DNA of 64,000 nucleotides from Octopus sinensis. Taxonomy: Eukaryota. The DNA is taken from NCBI RefSeq assembly GCF_006345805.1, contig NW_021833245.1, forward strand, positions 1 to 64,000, given 5' to 3'. Positions 1 to 13,044 of the stretch are shown one piece after another (the stretch's first letter is position 1; every line of letters starts with the position of its first letter). The position numbers and the translations under genes were made by a program. The notes below the pieces were generated by a model, which saw nothing but the letters and a program-made list of their open reading frames with translations, had not been told where the DNA came from and made no database searches.

Positions 1-365
1 TAATAATGATCAACTTCTCAATATATATTATATATATAATATATATATATATATGCATGTATGTATGTATATATAAATGTACGTATGTACATGGTATTGT
101 CCATTTTACACTTAAGATTTTAGGCAGCAGGCGACTGTAGGTATTTTCCCACATTCATCTATTTCTCTCTCCCTCTCCGTATATACACATATATATATAC
201 TCACATATATATACACATATATACATATATATACATATACATACATATATACATACATATATATACATACATACATATATATACATACACACATAATAAT
301 ATACACACATATATACACATTTATAATATATACATACATATATACATATATATATACATATCACC
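1..365. repeat. (TA)n/(TACA)n microsatellite tract
   Basis: Direct reading: degenerate TA/CATA runs; the ORFs at 112-364 are translations of this repeat. Confidence 0.95.
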
Positions 366-659
366 CCTCATGTTCATCTCCCCATTCTTAGACATCCTTT
401 CACTATATTTCTCTCTCCTTCTCTCTCCCTTTCTCTTTCTCTCCTTCTCTCTTTCCTTCTATCTTCCTGTCTCCTTTCTGTCTTTCGCTAAATATCTCTC
501 AACAACAACGTATTTTTCCTTATTGTATTTCTAGTTGCCGATGATGCTGGTGATGCTGGCTGTTACTACAAGATGCAGAAGAAAGAAGAAGAAGAAGAAG
601 AAGACGAAGGGGACGGCGGCAGTAATAGCAAATATAAAGATGACGTCGACCCTGCTGAC

Positions 660-1040
660 GACAAAGGTGGTGGTGGTGACGATGGCAATGGTGGTGAGGG
701 TGGCGGCGGCTGCGATGGCGAGATACTTCCTAGTGGTGGAGGTGGTAGTGGTGGTAGTATAATTGTGTTGGTGGTGGTGATGGTGGCAGTGATGGTGGTG
801 GCGGCGGCTGCGATGGCGAGGTACTTCCTAGTGGTGGAGGAGGTGGTAGTGGTAGTGGTGGTAGTATAAGTGGTGTTGGTGGTGGTGGTAGTGGTGGTAG
901 CATAAGTGGTGGTGATGGTGGCAGTGATGGTGGTGGCGGCGGCTGCGATGGCGAGATACTTCCTGGTGGTGGAGGTGGTGGTGGCGGTGGTAGTGGTGGT
1001 AGTATAAGTGGTGTTGGTGGTGGTGGTAGTGGTGCTGTAG
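660..1040. repeat. (GGT)n-rich low-complexity tract with a 3x repeated ~40-bp core (GGCGGCGGCTGCGATGGCGAGATACTTCCTAGTGGTGGAGG)
   Basis: Core starts at ~702, ~800 and ~935 within GGT/GGTAGT runs. Confidence 0.9.
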
Positions 1041-1129
1041 GTTTGCTGATAGTGCAAGCTGACGTATATACATCTTTCGTTTCTTCCTTCTTTCTTTCCT
1101 TCTTTATTTCTTTCTTCATTTCTGCTGCT

Positions 1130-1660
1130 GTAGATGATGATGATGAGGATGATGATGCATCTGTCTCATCCTCTTCTTCGTCATCATCATAATCAACAGC
1201 AACAACGGAAAAGGAAACCACTACCACCACTACTACTACTACTACTACTACTGCAGCTATTGCTACTACAACATAATGATGATGATATTGATGATGATGG
1301 TGATGATGATATTTGTATCCCGCTGCTAATGATGGTAGTAGAGTAGGTGTGGTGGCGATGACGATCGGGATGATGATGATGATGATCTTGATGGTAATGA
1401 AAACGATGATGATGGTGATGATGATGATGATGATGGTGGTGGTAGGGTGAGGGTGGTCGTGAGTAAGATCAAGTATCCATATTGAAGATGATAATGATGA
1501 TGATGATGATGCTCATCATCATGATCATAATGATGATGATGATGATGTGACGACGACAACAACAACATCAACAACAGCGACGACGACGAAGCTGTGGATA
1601 ATGATGATGATGAAGATGCTGATGACGATAATGATGATGTTGACAATGATAATGATTAGG
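1130..1660. repeat. (GAT)n/(CTA)n/(GAC)n trinucleotide microsatellite region
   Basis: Direct reading. Confidence 0.9.
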
Positions 1661-1919
1661 TTGATAATTCCTTTCTGAATGGCGCTGGTGATTAGTATCG
1701 ATAATATTACGGATGTTGATGCTGATGCTAATGATTATGATGATGATGCTGATGGGAGACTAATTTTTGATGGTATGCTATGGATGGTAGCAGTAGAACC
1801 AATAGAAGAATTTTTCGTACAAGGCCAGGCATTACTATACACTATAGTATATGCAAATGGTTTTGTGTGTAAGTTCTGTGTGTACATGTGTGTGGGAGTG
1901 CGTGCATCACACTTCTATT

Positions 1920-2445
1920 TGCAGACAGACGCATATATATACATATATACACATATATACACGTACATATATACATGCATATATATACATATATATATGT
2001 ATAAATGAATACATATATTGATATGTACTTATATTTCCGTATATACATACATGTATATATATATACATGTATATAAATTTACATGATATAAAAATATGTA
2101 TATATATTTGCATATATATACATATATACATATTTTTTTATATTATATACATTTATATACATACATATATGTATATATATATATATGTGTGTGTGTGTAT
2201 GTACATATATATGTTTATATATATGTATGTATATGACTGTATCAATATACATACATAAATATGTGTATATACGTATATATATTGGTATGTATGTATATAT
2301 ATGTATGGATATATATACATGTGAGTATATATGTATATATATATATATATATATTTATATACATATATATACATACATACATATACATACATACACATAC
2401 ATACATATAAATACATACATATACATACATACATATGTACACATA
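1920..2445. repeat. (TA)n/(TACA)n/(TG)n compound microsatellite
   Basis: Direct reading. Confidence 0.95.
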
Positions 2446-2814
2446 AAGAAAGACAAATAGAGACAGACAGCGAAAGAGATGCACATACATAATATATGAC
2501 ATAAAGAGAGATGGGGAGGAAGGATGGGAGACAGTGGGAGAGCAACGTAACTACTCATCTAAAATTCGACTTGCACCTCTCAGACCAAATTATAATTATA
2601 CCCTCGTATTTGCTATTAGAATCACACTACGTCTCTCTTTTTCTCATATTAATGTCTAAAAATTACGTTGATGATGACTATGTCGGTAGTGAAAGGTCTG
2701 ATGATGTGGAGGATGATAATGATGTTATTATTTTTTTGTGTTGTTGATTTGTTTTATTGCGTTTTCTTACCTGTCCATGTAGCAACATGTATTTACACTA
2801 TACTGAATGAATAC

Positions 2815-2848
<34 letters not shown>

Positions 2849-2859
2849 GGTATTCATTG

Positions 2860-3335
2860 ATAGATATATAAATAGGTAGGTAGTGAGGTTGTGAGGTAGG
2901 TAGATAGGTAGATAGAGAGATATATAGATAGATAGGTAGATAGATAAGTAGATAGATAAGTAGATAGATAAGTAGATAGATAAGTAGATAGATAAGTAGA
3001 TAGATAAGTAGATAGATAAGTAGATAGATAGGTAGATAGATAAGTAGATAGATAAGTAGATAGATAGGTAGATAGATAAGTAGATAGATAGATGGGTAGG
3101 TAGATAGGTAGGTAGATAAGTAGGTAGATAGGTAGGTAGATAGATAGGTAGATAGGTAGGTAGATAGGTAGGTAGATAGGTAGATAGGTAGGTAGATAGG
3201 TAGATTGGTAGGTAGGTAGACAGGTAGATAGACACGTAGATAGATAGACAGGTAGATAGATAGATAGACAGGTAGATAGACAGGTAGGTAGATAGATAGG
3301 TAGATAGACAGGTAGATAGATAGAAAGATAGATAG
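2860..3335. repeat. (GATA)n/(GGTA)n tetranucleotide tract with 12-bp GATAAGTAGATA sub-repeats
   Basis: Direct reading; the source of the YLSI-type ORFs. Confidence 0.95.
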
Positions 3336-4104
3336 ATAAGTTTCTTTATTGGCCACACAGGGCTGCACACAGATGGGACAAGTTACAAGGTAGAGCTTTT
3401 CTTTTGGGGGATGAAAAAAAAAAAAAAAAGAGAAAAAAAAGGGGTGGCGTAGGTTTTCGATCGTAAAAGGGAAGAAAAGAACAAAAAAAAAATAAATAAA
3501 TAAAATAAAAAATAAAAAGAATAGATAGATAGATAGATAGATAGAAAGAGATAGAATTCTGAAAGGAACAAGTTAAATCCTACGCCATAACTATGTATGT
3601 ATTTTTACGCCGTTGCAAAGTTACTAATGTTAAGTTCAAGGAACAATAACTTTCTGGAACGAGACATTTGGATAAGTTCAAGAAAGAAGAAACGATTTGA
3701 TGGCTCTTACAATAGTGGACCAAAATTCTAGATTCTTTCATTATTTAAGAACCTTCACAACCACTACGTACATCCATATATATATATCTTAAATATAGCC
3801 ACGAAACACGTGTCGTTATTCTCACAAACATATACGTTTTTACTATTATTTTGCAATTTAATTAATTATCGGTATATTATTGTTATTTTATTTTTAATAT
3901 TTCTATTATATGTAATTTTCTAGATGGTGTAATTTAATTGTTCATTTTGAATTGATAATAAGTGCTTTTTTCTAATTTTTATACATATATTATATTGTGT
4001 GAAATTTGATTTAGTATTTATAAATTTAATTTTTCCCTGTAAGTTAGGAATAATATTCCCTCAAATTATTATATATATATATATGTTGGCGATTTTTTCC
4101 CTCT

Positions 4105-4248
4105 GTCTTCCCTTCTATGTTTCCCACGAAGAGCTCTGCTCGAAACGTTACACCCTCCTTCTTTCCTTAGCGTCCAATAATACTATATTTGTTCCACGTC
4201 CTCTCGTTGTTGTGTTTTCTCTTTGTGTTTTCATGTTTGGATTAACTT

Positions 4249-4250
<2 letters not shown>
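4105..4250 (+). mobile_element. Penelope-like element terminal-repeat fragment with a degenerate minimal hammerhead motif
   Basis: Close paralog of 7440-7590. Contains GTTT-CCCACGA-A-GAGC-TCT-GCTC-GAAAC-GTT and is followed by (TA)n. Confidence 0.6.
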
Positions 4251-4286
<36 letters not shown>

Positions 4287-4334
4287 AGTGCGTGTGTAGT
4301 GTATGTGTTTATGCATATACACTGGCATACTTCT

Positions 4335-4610
4335 GTCTACGACACCGAGTGCCCCAGTTATTCCGATCAACGTTACAGCCTGCTCGTGAAATAAACTTGC
4401 CAGCAGCAAAGTATTCCACCGACAAGCGTAACCTTCATATAGTTTTTTGGGAAATTCAGCATGATACAGAATGTGGCGGAGCTACCTCTTTGAAGTAGCA
4501 GTACTACTCACTATTGCCAGCTCAGTGGGCCAGAGCAAACTGATTTGAAATGTCTTGCTGAAGTACACAGCGGTGCCGCCGGTTTTCAAACGCACATTAC
4601 GCTCGTGAGA
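4335..4610 (-). mobile_element. Degenerate SINE family C (CORE-like centre plus shared 3' domain ...TTTCACGAGCAGGCTG...GTCGTA)
   Basis: Its reverse complement aligns by eye with 26740-26935 and 33773-34060. Confidence 0.65.
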
Positions 4611-4614
4611 CCTA

Positions 4615-4850
4615 TACCTATTTCTTTATTACCCATAAGGGGCTAAACATAGAGGGGACAAACAAGGACAGACATAGGTATTAAGTCGATTACATCGATC
4701 CCAGTGCGTAACTGGTACTTAATTTGTCGACTCCGAAAGGATGAAAGACAAAATCGACCTCGGCGGAATTTGAACTCACAACGTAACGGCAGCCGAAATA
4801 CCGCTAAGCATTTTGCCCGACGTGCTAGCGTTTCTGCCAGCTCGCCGCCT
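4615..4850 (-). mobile_element. tRNA-derived SINE family A (AGGCGGCGAGCTGGCAGAAACG...GAGTTCAAATTCCGCCGAGGTCG...TAAAGAAATAG), full length
   Basis: Pol III A-box-like TGGCAGAAACG and B-box GAGTTCAAATTCC; more than 10 copies in the window. Confidence 0.9.
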
Positions 4851-5436
4851 TGCCCACTACTATGCCCCCCGACACACACTAAAACAGATATTGTATCGAA
4901 GTTACAAGGTAGAAAAATTGACAGTTGGTCCTTCTCTAAAATACTATTTGCTCAGATATGTGAGGCGTGCATGAGAGCAAAAGCAAACCAGACTTTAATT
5001 ATAAGAAACAAAGTCCCGTAATGCATTAAGTTGCATGGTCACGCCAGAAGGGATTTTTTTGCCATTCGTCAGTCCAAGCGAAACATTCTTGGCAATACAT
5101 ATCTACTATGACTACACGATAGCAATGGATGTCCAGTGAAAGGAAAGCAAAATATCAGATTGTCATTCAAGCCAGAATATTTAATTCAAGCGGTGTAGTG
5201 CAGACATGTACATTGAAGAAAGGAAAGAAAATTTAACGTAGAGAAAATGACAAACGTCAAATAATAATTGCTAATGTGACATGTAATGTAGCAGGACAGG
5301 GTTGTGCAGAGACTATCAGCCAATTGAAAGAACTTTGTTGAAGTGAATAATTGAGCGAGTCTCTTTAGAAAGAAACAGGGGTGGTTTCAGACTTCCTAAC
5401 GAGCACCAGTGTTCTTTGGAATTTCATAACTTAGAG

Positions 5437-5640
5437 AAGTGGTTTTCAACCAGGGTTCCGCCAGTACAGTCCAGGGGTTCCGCAAGAAGTTACAAAACTG
5501 CTAAAATCGGCAGTAATTTTTAACTCTCTCCTGTGCAGATATGTATGCATAAGACTATTAAATTATTGCACAGGGGTTCCTCGAGCAGTTGGAATGTTTC
5601 CTTGGGGGTTCCTCTCCAGCAAAACGTTTGAAAAGCACTG
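5437..5640. mobile_element. hAT (Charlie-like) MITE
   Basis: Imperfect TIRs AAGTGGTTTTCAAC / GTTTGAAAAGCACTG; imperfect 8-bp TSD ACTTAGAG (5429-5436) / GATTAGAG (5641-5648); internal GGGGTTCC subterminal motifs. Confidence 0.8.
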
Positions 5641-5729
5641 GATTAGAGAATCGGTAAATATACAGAGATGAAATTAGTAACATACAAAACTGAATTCAGA
5701 ACTTGCATCATTGAGATTCCTAATAAAAT

Positions 5730-5837
5730 GTGTCTGCGTGTGTATGAGCATGTGTGTGTGTGAGAGAGTGTGTGTGTGAGAGAGAGTGTGTGTGAGAGAG
5801 AGAGGGTGTGTGTGTGTGAGAGAGTGTGTGTGAGGGA

Positions 5838-5891
<54 letters not shown>

Positions 5892-5900
5892 CCGAGAGAG

Positions 5901-5976
<76 letters not shown>

Positions 5977-5995
5977 GCGACAGATAGACAGAAAG
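5730..5995. repeat. (GT)n/(GA)n compound microsatellite
   Basis: Direct reading. Confidence 0.95.
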
Positions 5996-6065
5996 AGTGT
6001 TTTTAGACACACGTTTATGCAGTAGAAACGATCCAGTATTCTTGGATGTGTGCGGGTGGGGGGAG

Positions 6066-6178
6066 CTACCGTTTGAAAAATTTCCTTTTAGGGATCTCAG
6101 AAGATGCAAGATAAGCTTTGAATGACGTCATTGGAAGACAGGACAACAACGCATTCCTTTGTCGTTTCATCTCGTCAC
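6066..6178 (-). CDS. Possible terminal coding exon (xDEMKRQRNALLSCLPMTSFKAYLASSEIPKRKFFKR*), no family recognised
   Basis: Acceptor TTTGTCTTTTGTAG on the minus strand; only one frame stays open, to TAG at 6066-6068. No homology recognised. Confidence 0.2.
6121..6132. promoter_or_regulatory. Perfect palindromic CRE-type site AATGACGTCATT
   Basis: Contains the consensus TGACGTCA at 6123-6130; function unknown. Confidence 0.3.
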
Positions 6179-6849
6179 CTACAAAAGACAAACCTGTCAT
6201 TCACAGTTCGATAAGAAGGGAATTATTCATATTGAAAGGGTTCACGGCATATACGCCGATATGTGTGTGTGTGGTGTGTGTGTGTGTGTACACCATACCA
6301 GAAAATTCCTTTATTCCTTGAACTTATCTTCAGTTCGAAAGATTTGTGCCAATTGTATTCAGGTCGAAATAAGAAGAGCACAGGACAAGGTGGACATGTC
6401 TCTACTTCAAAAGGTGTCATCTTAACAGCAATTAATCTAATTTGGATCCAGCAGTATAGATCAACGTATGAATAGAAAAACTTAAAAATGAATGGAGAAT
6501 TTTATATCAAATTTCCCGACGTATAAGATTCCAATACATGTTTCTGTTGTATAACTGTCTTAGGGATTTTGATGTGATGCCTCTGTGCATTTAATCGATA
6601 GATATTAGATGAATTATTGTACAATTTCCGATCCAAGGATCGACATTCTAGCACAGGCGTTTTGAAGGTGTTCTCCAGGCGGATGGCTGGAGCGAGTTGA
6701 AATTTTGGTATGAAAAGACGGATACCGAAAACAAGAGGCTTGCTGAGGAAATAAAAGAAGTAGGGGAAGGATGTTAACTTATGAAAGCCTGTAACTGAGT
6801 ATGCGTACACACACATAGACACGCACACATACACACGCACGCACACACT

Positions 6850-6975
6850 TTGCTTCCCAAACACATGGTTTCGGGTTCAGTTGCGTGACAACTTGGCCAG
6901 GTGTTTTTAGCGTTGGGCCGACCAAAGTCTCGTGAGTGCATTCGGTAGACGTAAACAGAAACAAGCCTGTCGCGT
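6850..6975 (+). mobile_element. SINE family B 5' fragment (CORE-like)
   Basis: CACATGGTTTCGGGTTCAG...GGGCCGACCAAAG...GGTAGACG matches the family B copies at 21919 and 57606. Confidence 0.75.
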
Positions 6976-7014
6976 GTGTGCATGTATTTGTGTGAAGTGT
7001 GTGTGGTAAATATA

Positions 7015-7425
7015 TATATGTGTGTGTGCGTGTGTGAATGAGCATGTGTGTGTGAGAGAGTGTGTGTGTGAGAGAGAGAGAGTGTGTGTGAGTGAAAGAG
7101 AGTGTGTGTGAGAGAAAGAGAGTGTGTGTGGGAGAGAGAGTGTGTGAGATAGAGAGAATGTGTGTGAGATAGAGAGAATGTGTGTGAGAGAGTGTGTGTG
7201 AGAGAGAGTGTGTGAGAGAAAGAGAGTGTGTGTGGGAGAGCGAGTGTGTGAGATAGAGAGAATGTGTGTGAGAGAGTGTGTGTGAGAGAGAGAGTGTGTG
7301 TGTGAGAGAGTGTGTGTGTGTGAGAGAGTGTGTGTGTGTGAGAGAGTGTGTGTGTGTGAGAGTGTGTGTGTGTGTGAGAGTGTGTGTGTGTGAGAGTGTT
7401 TGTGTGTGTGAGAGTGTTTGTGTGT
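7015..7425. repeat. (GT)n(GA)n compound microsatellite
   Basis: Direct reading. Confidence 0.95.
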
Positions 7426-7439
7426 GTCCTCCCGTCTCG

Positions 7440-7590
7440 GGATCTTTCTTTCTACTATGTTTCCGACGAAGAGCTCCGCTCGAAACGTCAAACCCTCCTT
7501 CTTCCCTTCTTTCCTGAGCGTCCAATAATACTTTATTTGTTCCACATCCTTGCGTTGTTGTCTTTTTGTTTTCTTGCTTGGATTAACTTT
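7440..7590 (+). mobile_element. Penelope-like element terminal-repeat fragment with a minimal type I hammerhead-like motif (7459-7493)
   Basis: GTTT-CCGACGA-A-GAGC-TCC-GCTC-GAAAC-GTC^AAAC: stem I GTTT/AAAC, stem II GAGC/GCTC, loopless palindromic stem III. Confidence 0.65.
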
Positions 7591-7995
7591 ATATATATAT
7601 ATATATACACATATATATAGAATATGATACATATTTAATAGTTTTAAATATATTTTATACTTATATATGAAATTTATATGCATATGTGATATACTACATA
7701 GACGAGTGGGTCTCTAGGTGCGTCTTTATTTATAGCGTACCACCCAAAATGTAATCAAATATCCCTCCCGGTGGGATTGCGGAATAGGTGGTGAAAATGT
7801 TCCGGCATTGGACAAGACACGAGGTGCGTGCGTTAAATATTAATCATTTTTGCCACCGTAAGATACGGGAAAAAAAGTTTAAATAAAATGAATCGAACTG
7901 ACTCTATTACGACCTTGAGTGCAACATACTAACCACTGCATCTGCATAGATTTTATACATATGCACATACACACACGCACGCACATACATACGTG

Positions 7996-8009
<14 letters not shown>

Positions 8010-8030
<21 letters not shown>

Positions 8031-8214
8031 AAATATATCTACATCTATATATATATATATATATGTGTGTGTGTAAATATATCTACATATATATATATAT
8101 ATATAGGTGTGTGTGTAAATATATCTACATTATTAATATATATATACTGTGTGTGTGTGTGTAAATATATCTACATATATATATATATATATATGTGTGT
8201 GTAAATATATCTAC

Positions 8215-8246
<32 letters not shown>

Positions 8247-8301
8247 AAATATATCTACATATATATATATATATATATATTGTGTGTGTAAATATATCTA
8301 C

Positions 8302-8335
<34 letters not shown>

Positions 8336-8360
8336 AAATATATCTACATATATATATATA

Positions 8361-8392
<32 letters not shown>

Positions 8393-8475
8393 AAATATAT
8401 CTACATATATATATATATATATATATAATATGTGTGTGTGTGTGTGTGTAAATATATCTACATATAATATATATC

Positions 8476-8508
<33 letters not shown>

Positions 8509-8530
8509 AAATATATCTACATATATAATA
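8010..8530. repeat. Compound minisatellite: fixed GTAAATATATCTACAT anchor x~11 separated by variable (TA)n(TG)n
   Basis: Anchor recurs every ~40-60 bp. Confidence 0.9.
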
Positions 8531-8618
8531 TATATAATATATGTATAATATATATATATATAAATATACATATATATATGTATATATATACGCACACACA
8601 CACACACCTATTTATATA

Positions 8619-8658
<40 letters not shown>

Positions 8659-8713
8659 TACATACATACACATACATAAATACATACATAGCAACATATA
8701 TATACACACACAT

Positions 8714-8746
<33 letters not shown>

Positions 8747-9924
8747 AAGTTATGAAATGTTTTCTTATGCTTATTCTCTTGCACATTAGCATTCACCTCC
8801 TCAACGCCTCTCTCTACACTTCCACCCAACTCATTCCCTCCTACCCACACCCTTATACAGCTGTCTATCTAACAAATATTCGTCTCTTCCTCGTATGCCA
8901 ACATGTCTTCCCCCTCAACCATTCATGTTTCTTTCAACAGCGTGTCTGTCCATATTTAACAATTTCGTCTGCCAGAAGACTTATATATTTCTTAGCCTTT
9001 TCCACTTCGGCTACTTAAATTTTTCAGCACACCGTTTCCAATCTCTCAGATGTTTTCCAAACTTTATATGTTTCTCTAAATTTTCCTCTTCCATTACATT
9101 TAAGTATGTGTGTTTGTGAGTGTGTGCATGTATGTATACATATATATATATATAATATATATATATATATATACACACACATATGTATTTCTTTAAATTT
9201 CCCCTTTCTGTTTTGTATATATATGTGTATGTATATGTATGTTTATATATGTATATATATAATTATATGTATGTATATATGTTTGCATATATATATGGTG
9301 TGTTTGTGAGAGTAAATGTGTGTCGTAACAAAGTAAAAATACTTACAAGGACGTACGCATTCATGCAGACATGCAAACAGTTATGAGTATATATACATAT
9401 ATATATAATATATATATATATTGTCGACATACAGTTGTATATAAATGCTTTCTCGTGTATTTTAATTTCTTATCGTTCGAGAAAACATATATTCGTACTT
9501 GCATATATATTTACAACTACGAGCAATCACAAACACACGTGAACAAACGCGCCTTCACACACACACACACATATGTATATGTACTAATATTTATGTATAT
9601 ATATATCTGTGTATGTAGACGTATACATACGCTTATTCGTGTGTAGATCTCTTTGGTGTTATTGTTTTTGGTGAAGTGAATGCAATTGTATTTGTTTTAC
9701 ATACGATTATCTCACAGAAATATTATTACCTCGTGAGTAAACTACTCATTGTCTTTTACAAAATATATTTGCAATTTTAGCGATATTCTCTTCCTTATAT
9801 TTTCCCATAAACACATACATGCTTACATACACGAACGCAAATTTAAATATTCATATCTGTATGTGCATATATAAAACATAGATATATGTCTATACATACA
9901 TTTATATTCATCTAAAAATTTCAT

Positions 9925-9996
9925 ATTTATATATACATATATACATATACATACATATATATATATATATGTATATATATACATACATATATACTA

Positions 9997-10030
<34 letters not shown>

Positions 10031-10071
10031 CATATATATATATAATATATACTATATATATATATATATAT

Positions 10072-10110
<39 letters not shown>

Positions 10111-10135
10111 CTACATATATATATTATACACATAT
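9925..10135. repeat. (TA)n microsatellite
   Basis: Direct reading. Confidence 0.95.
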
Positions 10136-12510
10136 ACAGTGATAATGACAATAATCCTTGGATGGAATTTATTAAGATACATCTATGTGTGTGTCTGTGT
10201 GTGTGTGTGGCATAAAGGGAAAATATAGTTTCCGACACTTCCATCTCTAGTAGCACAAACTGATGTTTGTTACAAGTCGATTTACATTTATCTATATATA
10301 TATTCATGACCGATTTAAAGAGAAACGTGTATACTTTAAACATAGTCGAGATGAAACTTTGGAGGTTAACGAAACTGTTTTAAATATATATTCAAACATA
10401 AAATTGTGTTGAGCACTTTAGTGCTCGATGCAATCTTTTTTATACGAAGCTGCATAGAGCTCTACATAATAATTTATCGAAACTGATTGAAGTGAAAATA
10501 AATCAGGCAATAAATTGCTATGAAATACAAGTTTTCTTTAACATATATTTAATTTTAGTATGCAGCCTGTTCGCGATAAACTACCGTATGTTTGTTTCAC
10601 GTGTATTTCTTTTACGAGCAAAACGTCCAGGAATCTTTGCTCTTTGTAGATTCTGTAATATACGAGCACGCCTGGCATAAAGGAAAGCAAGTGTCATTGT
10701 AAATATACAAGATATGTAAATTTTACATAAAAATACTTTAGTGTCCTCTATATGATTTTTATTTTCGTATGTATATCTCGATTTATTTTCACTTTACTTC
10801 GTTTACAATACCTCTCTTTCTACCTATCTATCGATTCGTTTATCCCTATTCCTCTCCTCTTCTTTGTGTGTGTGTGTGTTTGTTTGTGTGTGTTTGTATA
10901 TTTATGTATATATGCATATGCATGAAGATTATTTAAAGCTAAAACAAAATTCCTAAATAACAACCAAACATTTTTTTAACTAAGCTCTTTCTTCCCATTC
11001 GGCTTCAACTCCCACTTTCTTTTCACCTCTTTTTCCCTTCTTCCTTTCACTTCACATTACGTTGCATCGATTGTATACCTCTCAACCTCTCACACATCAC
11101 ATTCCTCTCCGATACACCACTTGCCTCCCCCCCCCCTTTTATTGATGAAAATACTAAGAAGTCATCGCCGGAAAATAAAGAATAAAAAAAATGCAATATT
11201 ATTATGAATACAAAAATATAAAAAGGATGAATTAGAATATGTTCTATGCTGTGTTTATCCTGCCCCTGTTTTATCTTACCTTCTCTCTTTCTCACTTTTT
11301 CTTTCTTCTTTTCTTCTATCCTGCCTTACTTTTCTTCATTTCCCAAACATTACTCTTACCATTGTGTTCTTACGCTCTCCTTCCTCTCCATCCAACCACT
11401 CTTCTCCATATCTTCACCTTACACCACTTCTTCAAAATAATCTTTACTTCTTCTTTTCGATTAAATTTTTATTTATTACTTTATTCTATTAATTTTTCGC
11501 CTTCTTCTTGTTTCTTCCTTAACTTCTAACATTTTTCGAACGTTTTGCTTTACTTTGCTTCCTACTTTTCAAAGTTTGTTTTCTTATTGTCTCTTACTAC
11601 TCCCTCCATTTTCCCTCTATACTCCTCATTCTCATTATTATTAGTAGTAGTACTATTATTATTTCTCTACTTTGATGTGAATGGACCTGCTTTCAAACCG
11701 CTCCCAGAAAATTGGATGAATTCCAATTTTATAGGATGAAACATTTTTCTGTGTTTTCGTTATAAATTGTAACGAGAGCCCAAGCAGGGGCTCTCCGAAC
11801 GTTAGGATGTCTACCTTAACATCGGAGTGAAAAAAAAATTATTTCATTTGAAAAAAATTTCTTGTATTTACATTCAATTCAATATGGGTTCTTTTACATG
11901 AGCAAAAATAAAAAGTGTTAATATATCCCCTGAAACGAAATAATTTTCGAATACACGTAAACAAATTTCAGAAAACAGGCTTTAAAGTTCTGATAAAAAA
12001 TAAAGCAAACAAAAAATGTATCAATTAAACAAATAGTTACACTCCCAAAGACAAACAACAAATATTTGAAACTCGTAAACGTAAATTTGCACGATATATG
12101 CAAATGTACAAATGATAACAACTCTAAGTGTAGTTTGAATGCTATTAAAAACAGTTCAAACATCGATTACTCTGGCATCGTTAAAAGACAAAGAAATATT
12201 AAAGGCATGGGACGCAAATAGTCAAAGACTGAATTGTGGCAGTCTTATGCCACAAAAGGATGTATTTTCTTGCCTGGTGAATGTGTTGAGGTGGAGGGCA
12301 ACAGGTCTCGGCTTCATGAATTTGGAAGCAGTTTATGCCTTAAAAATTTGGGTCAAACTGAAACACGAGACGATACGTAGTAAAGATATGAGCTTCAATT
12401 GTTCTCTCAGGGTATATCGAAATGTTTCAAGAAGTTGCAACACGAAAATCATTTGAATGGGCATTGCTGGAGTTGATGAGCTTTTTTGTCACTCGCCGCC
12501 TTCAAAGTGA

Positions 12511-12800
12511 ATTACAAGGAGATGGTGAATATTGACGTGGGAGTAAATATCATAAAGTGGGATGGGTTGTATATGGATAAGTAGTAACAACCGCCAAAAG
12601 TCTTGTATCTTAGCCTTGTATTCCATTCTAGATGCTCAAAGTACTTTCTCCAGTAAATTACAAAGAGATGGTGAATATTGACGTGGGAGTAAATATCATA
12701 AAGTGGGATGAGTTATATATAGAAAAGTAGTATCAACCGCCAAAAGTCTTGTATCTTAGCCTTGTATTCCATTCTAGATGCTCAAAGTACTTTCTCCAGT
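12511..12800. repeat. Two-copy tandem repeat, ~146-bp unit
   Basis: ATTACAA(G/A)GAGATGGTGAATATTGACG... starts at 12511 and 12657; both copies end ...TACTTTCTCCAGT; about 7 differences, clustered mid-unit. Confidence 0.9.
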
Positions 12801-13044
12801 TTATTATAAATTCAAATGTGAACGAAGTCGACAGCGTTTAGTGATCAGTAAAATAGCCACAAGTTATCTACAAGTTAACCAGTCGGTCCGATGTAATTAT
12901 TTAACAGCTTTCCTCTGAAACTGATGTCTTTGAGCTGAAATTTCAAACAATTTATGAAGCGACACACGAGACTCGTTAGAGCGTCGGAAAATATGCACAG
13001 GGAGATTTTCCGACTCTTCGTTCTGATTTCAAATGCTGCTGGTA

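Noticed and set aside
112-3370. Many ORFs rich in Y/I/C/V, T/P/G, D/M or YLSI
   Set aside because: They are translations of (TA)n, (TG)n, (GGT)n, (GAT)n and (GATA)n repeats, open in several frames and on both strands, with no domain content. The same applies to similar ORFs at 5.7-10 kb, 27-32 kb and 62 kb.
8010-8530. CRISPR-like repeat-spacer appearance
   Set aside because: The spacers are simple (TA)n(TG)n, not unique sequence; the context is eukaryotic and no cas genes are present.
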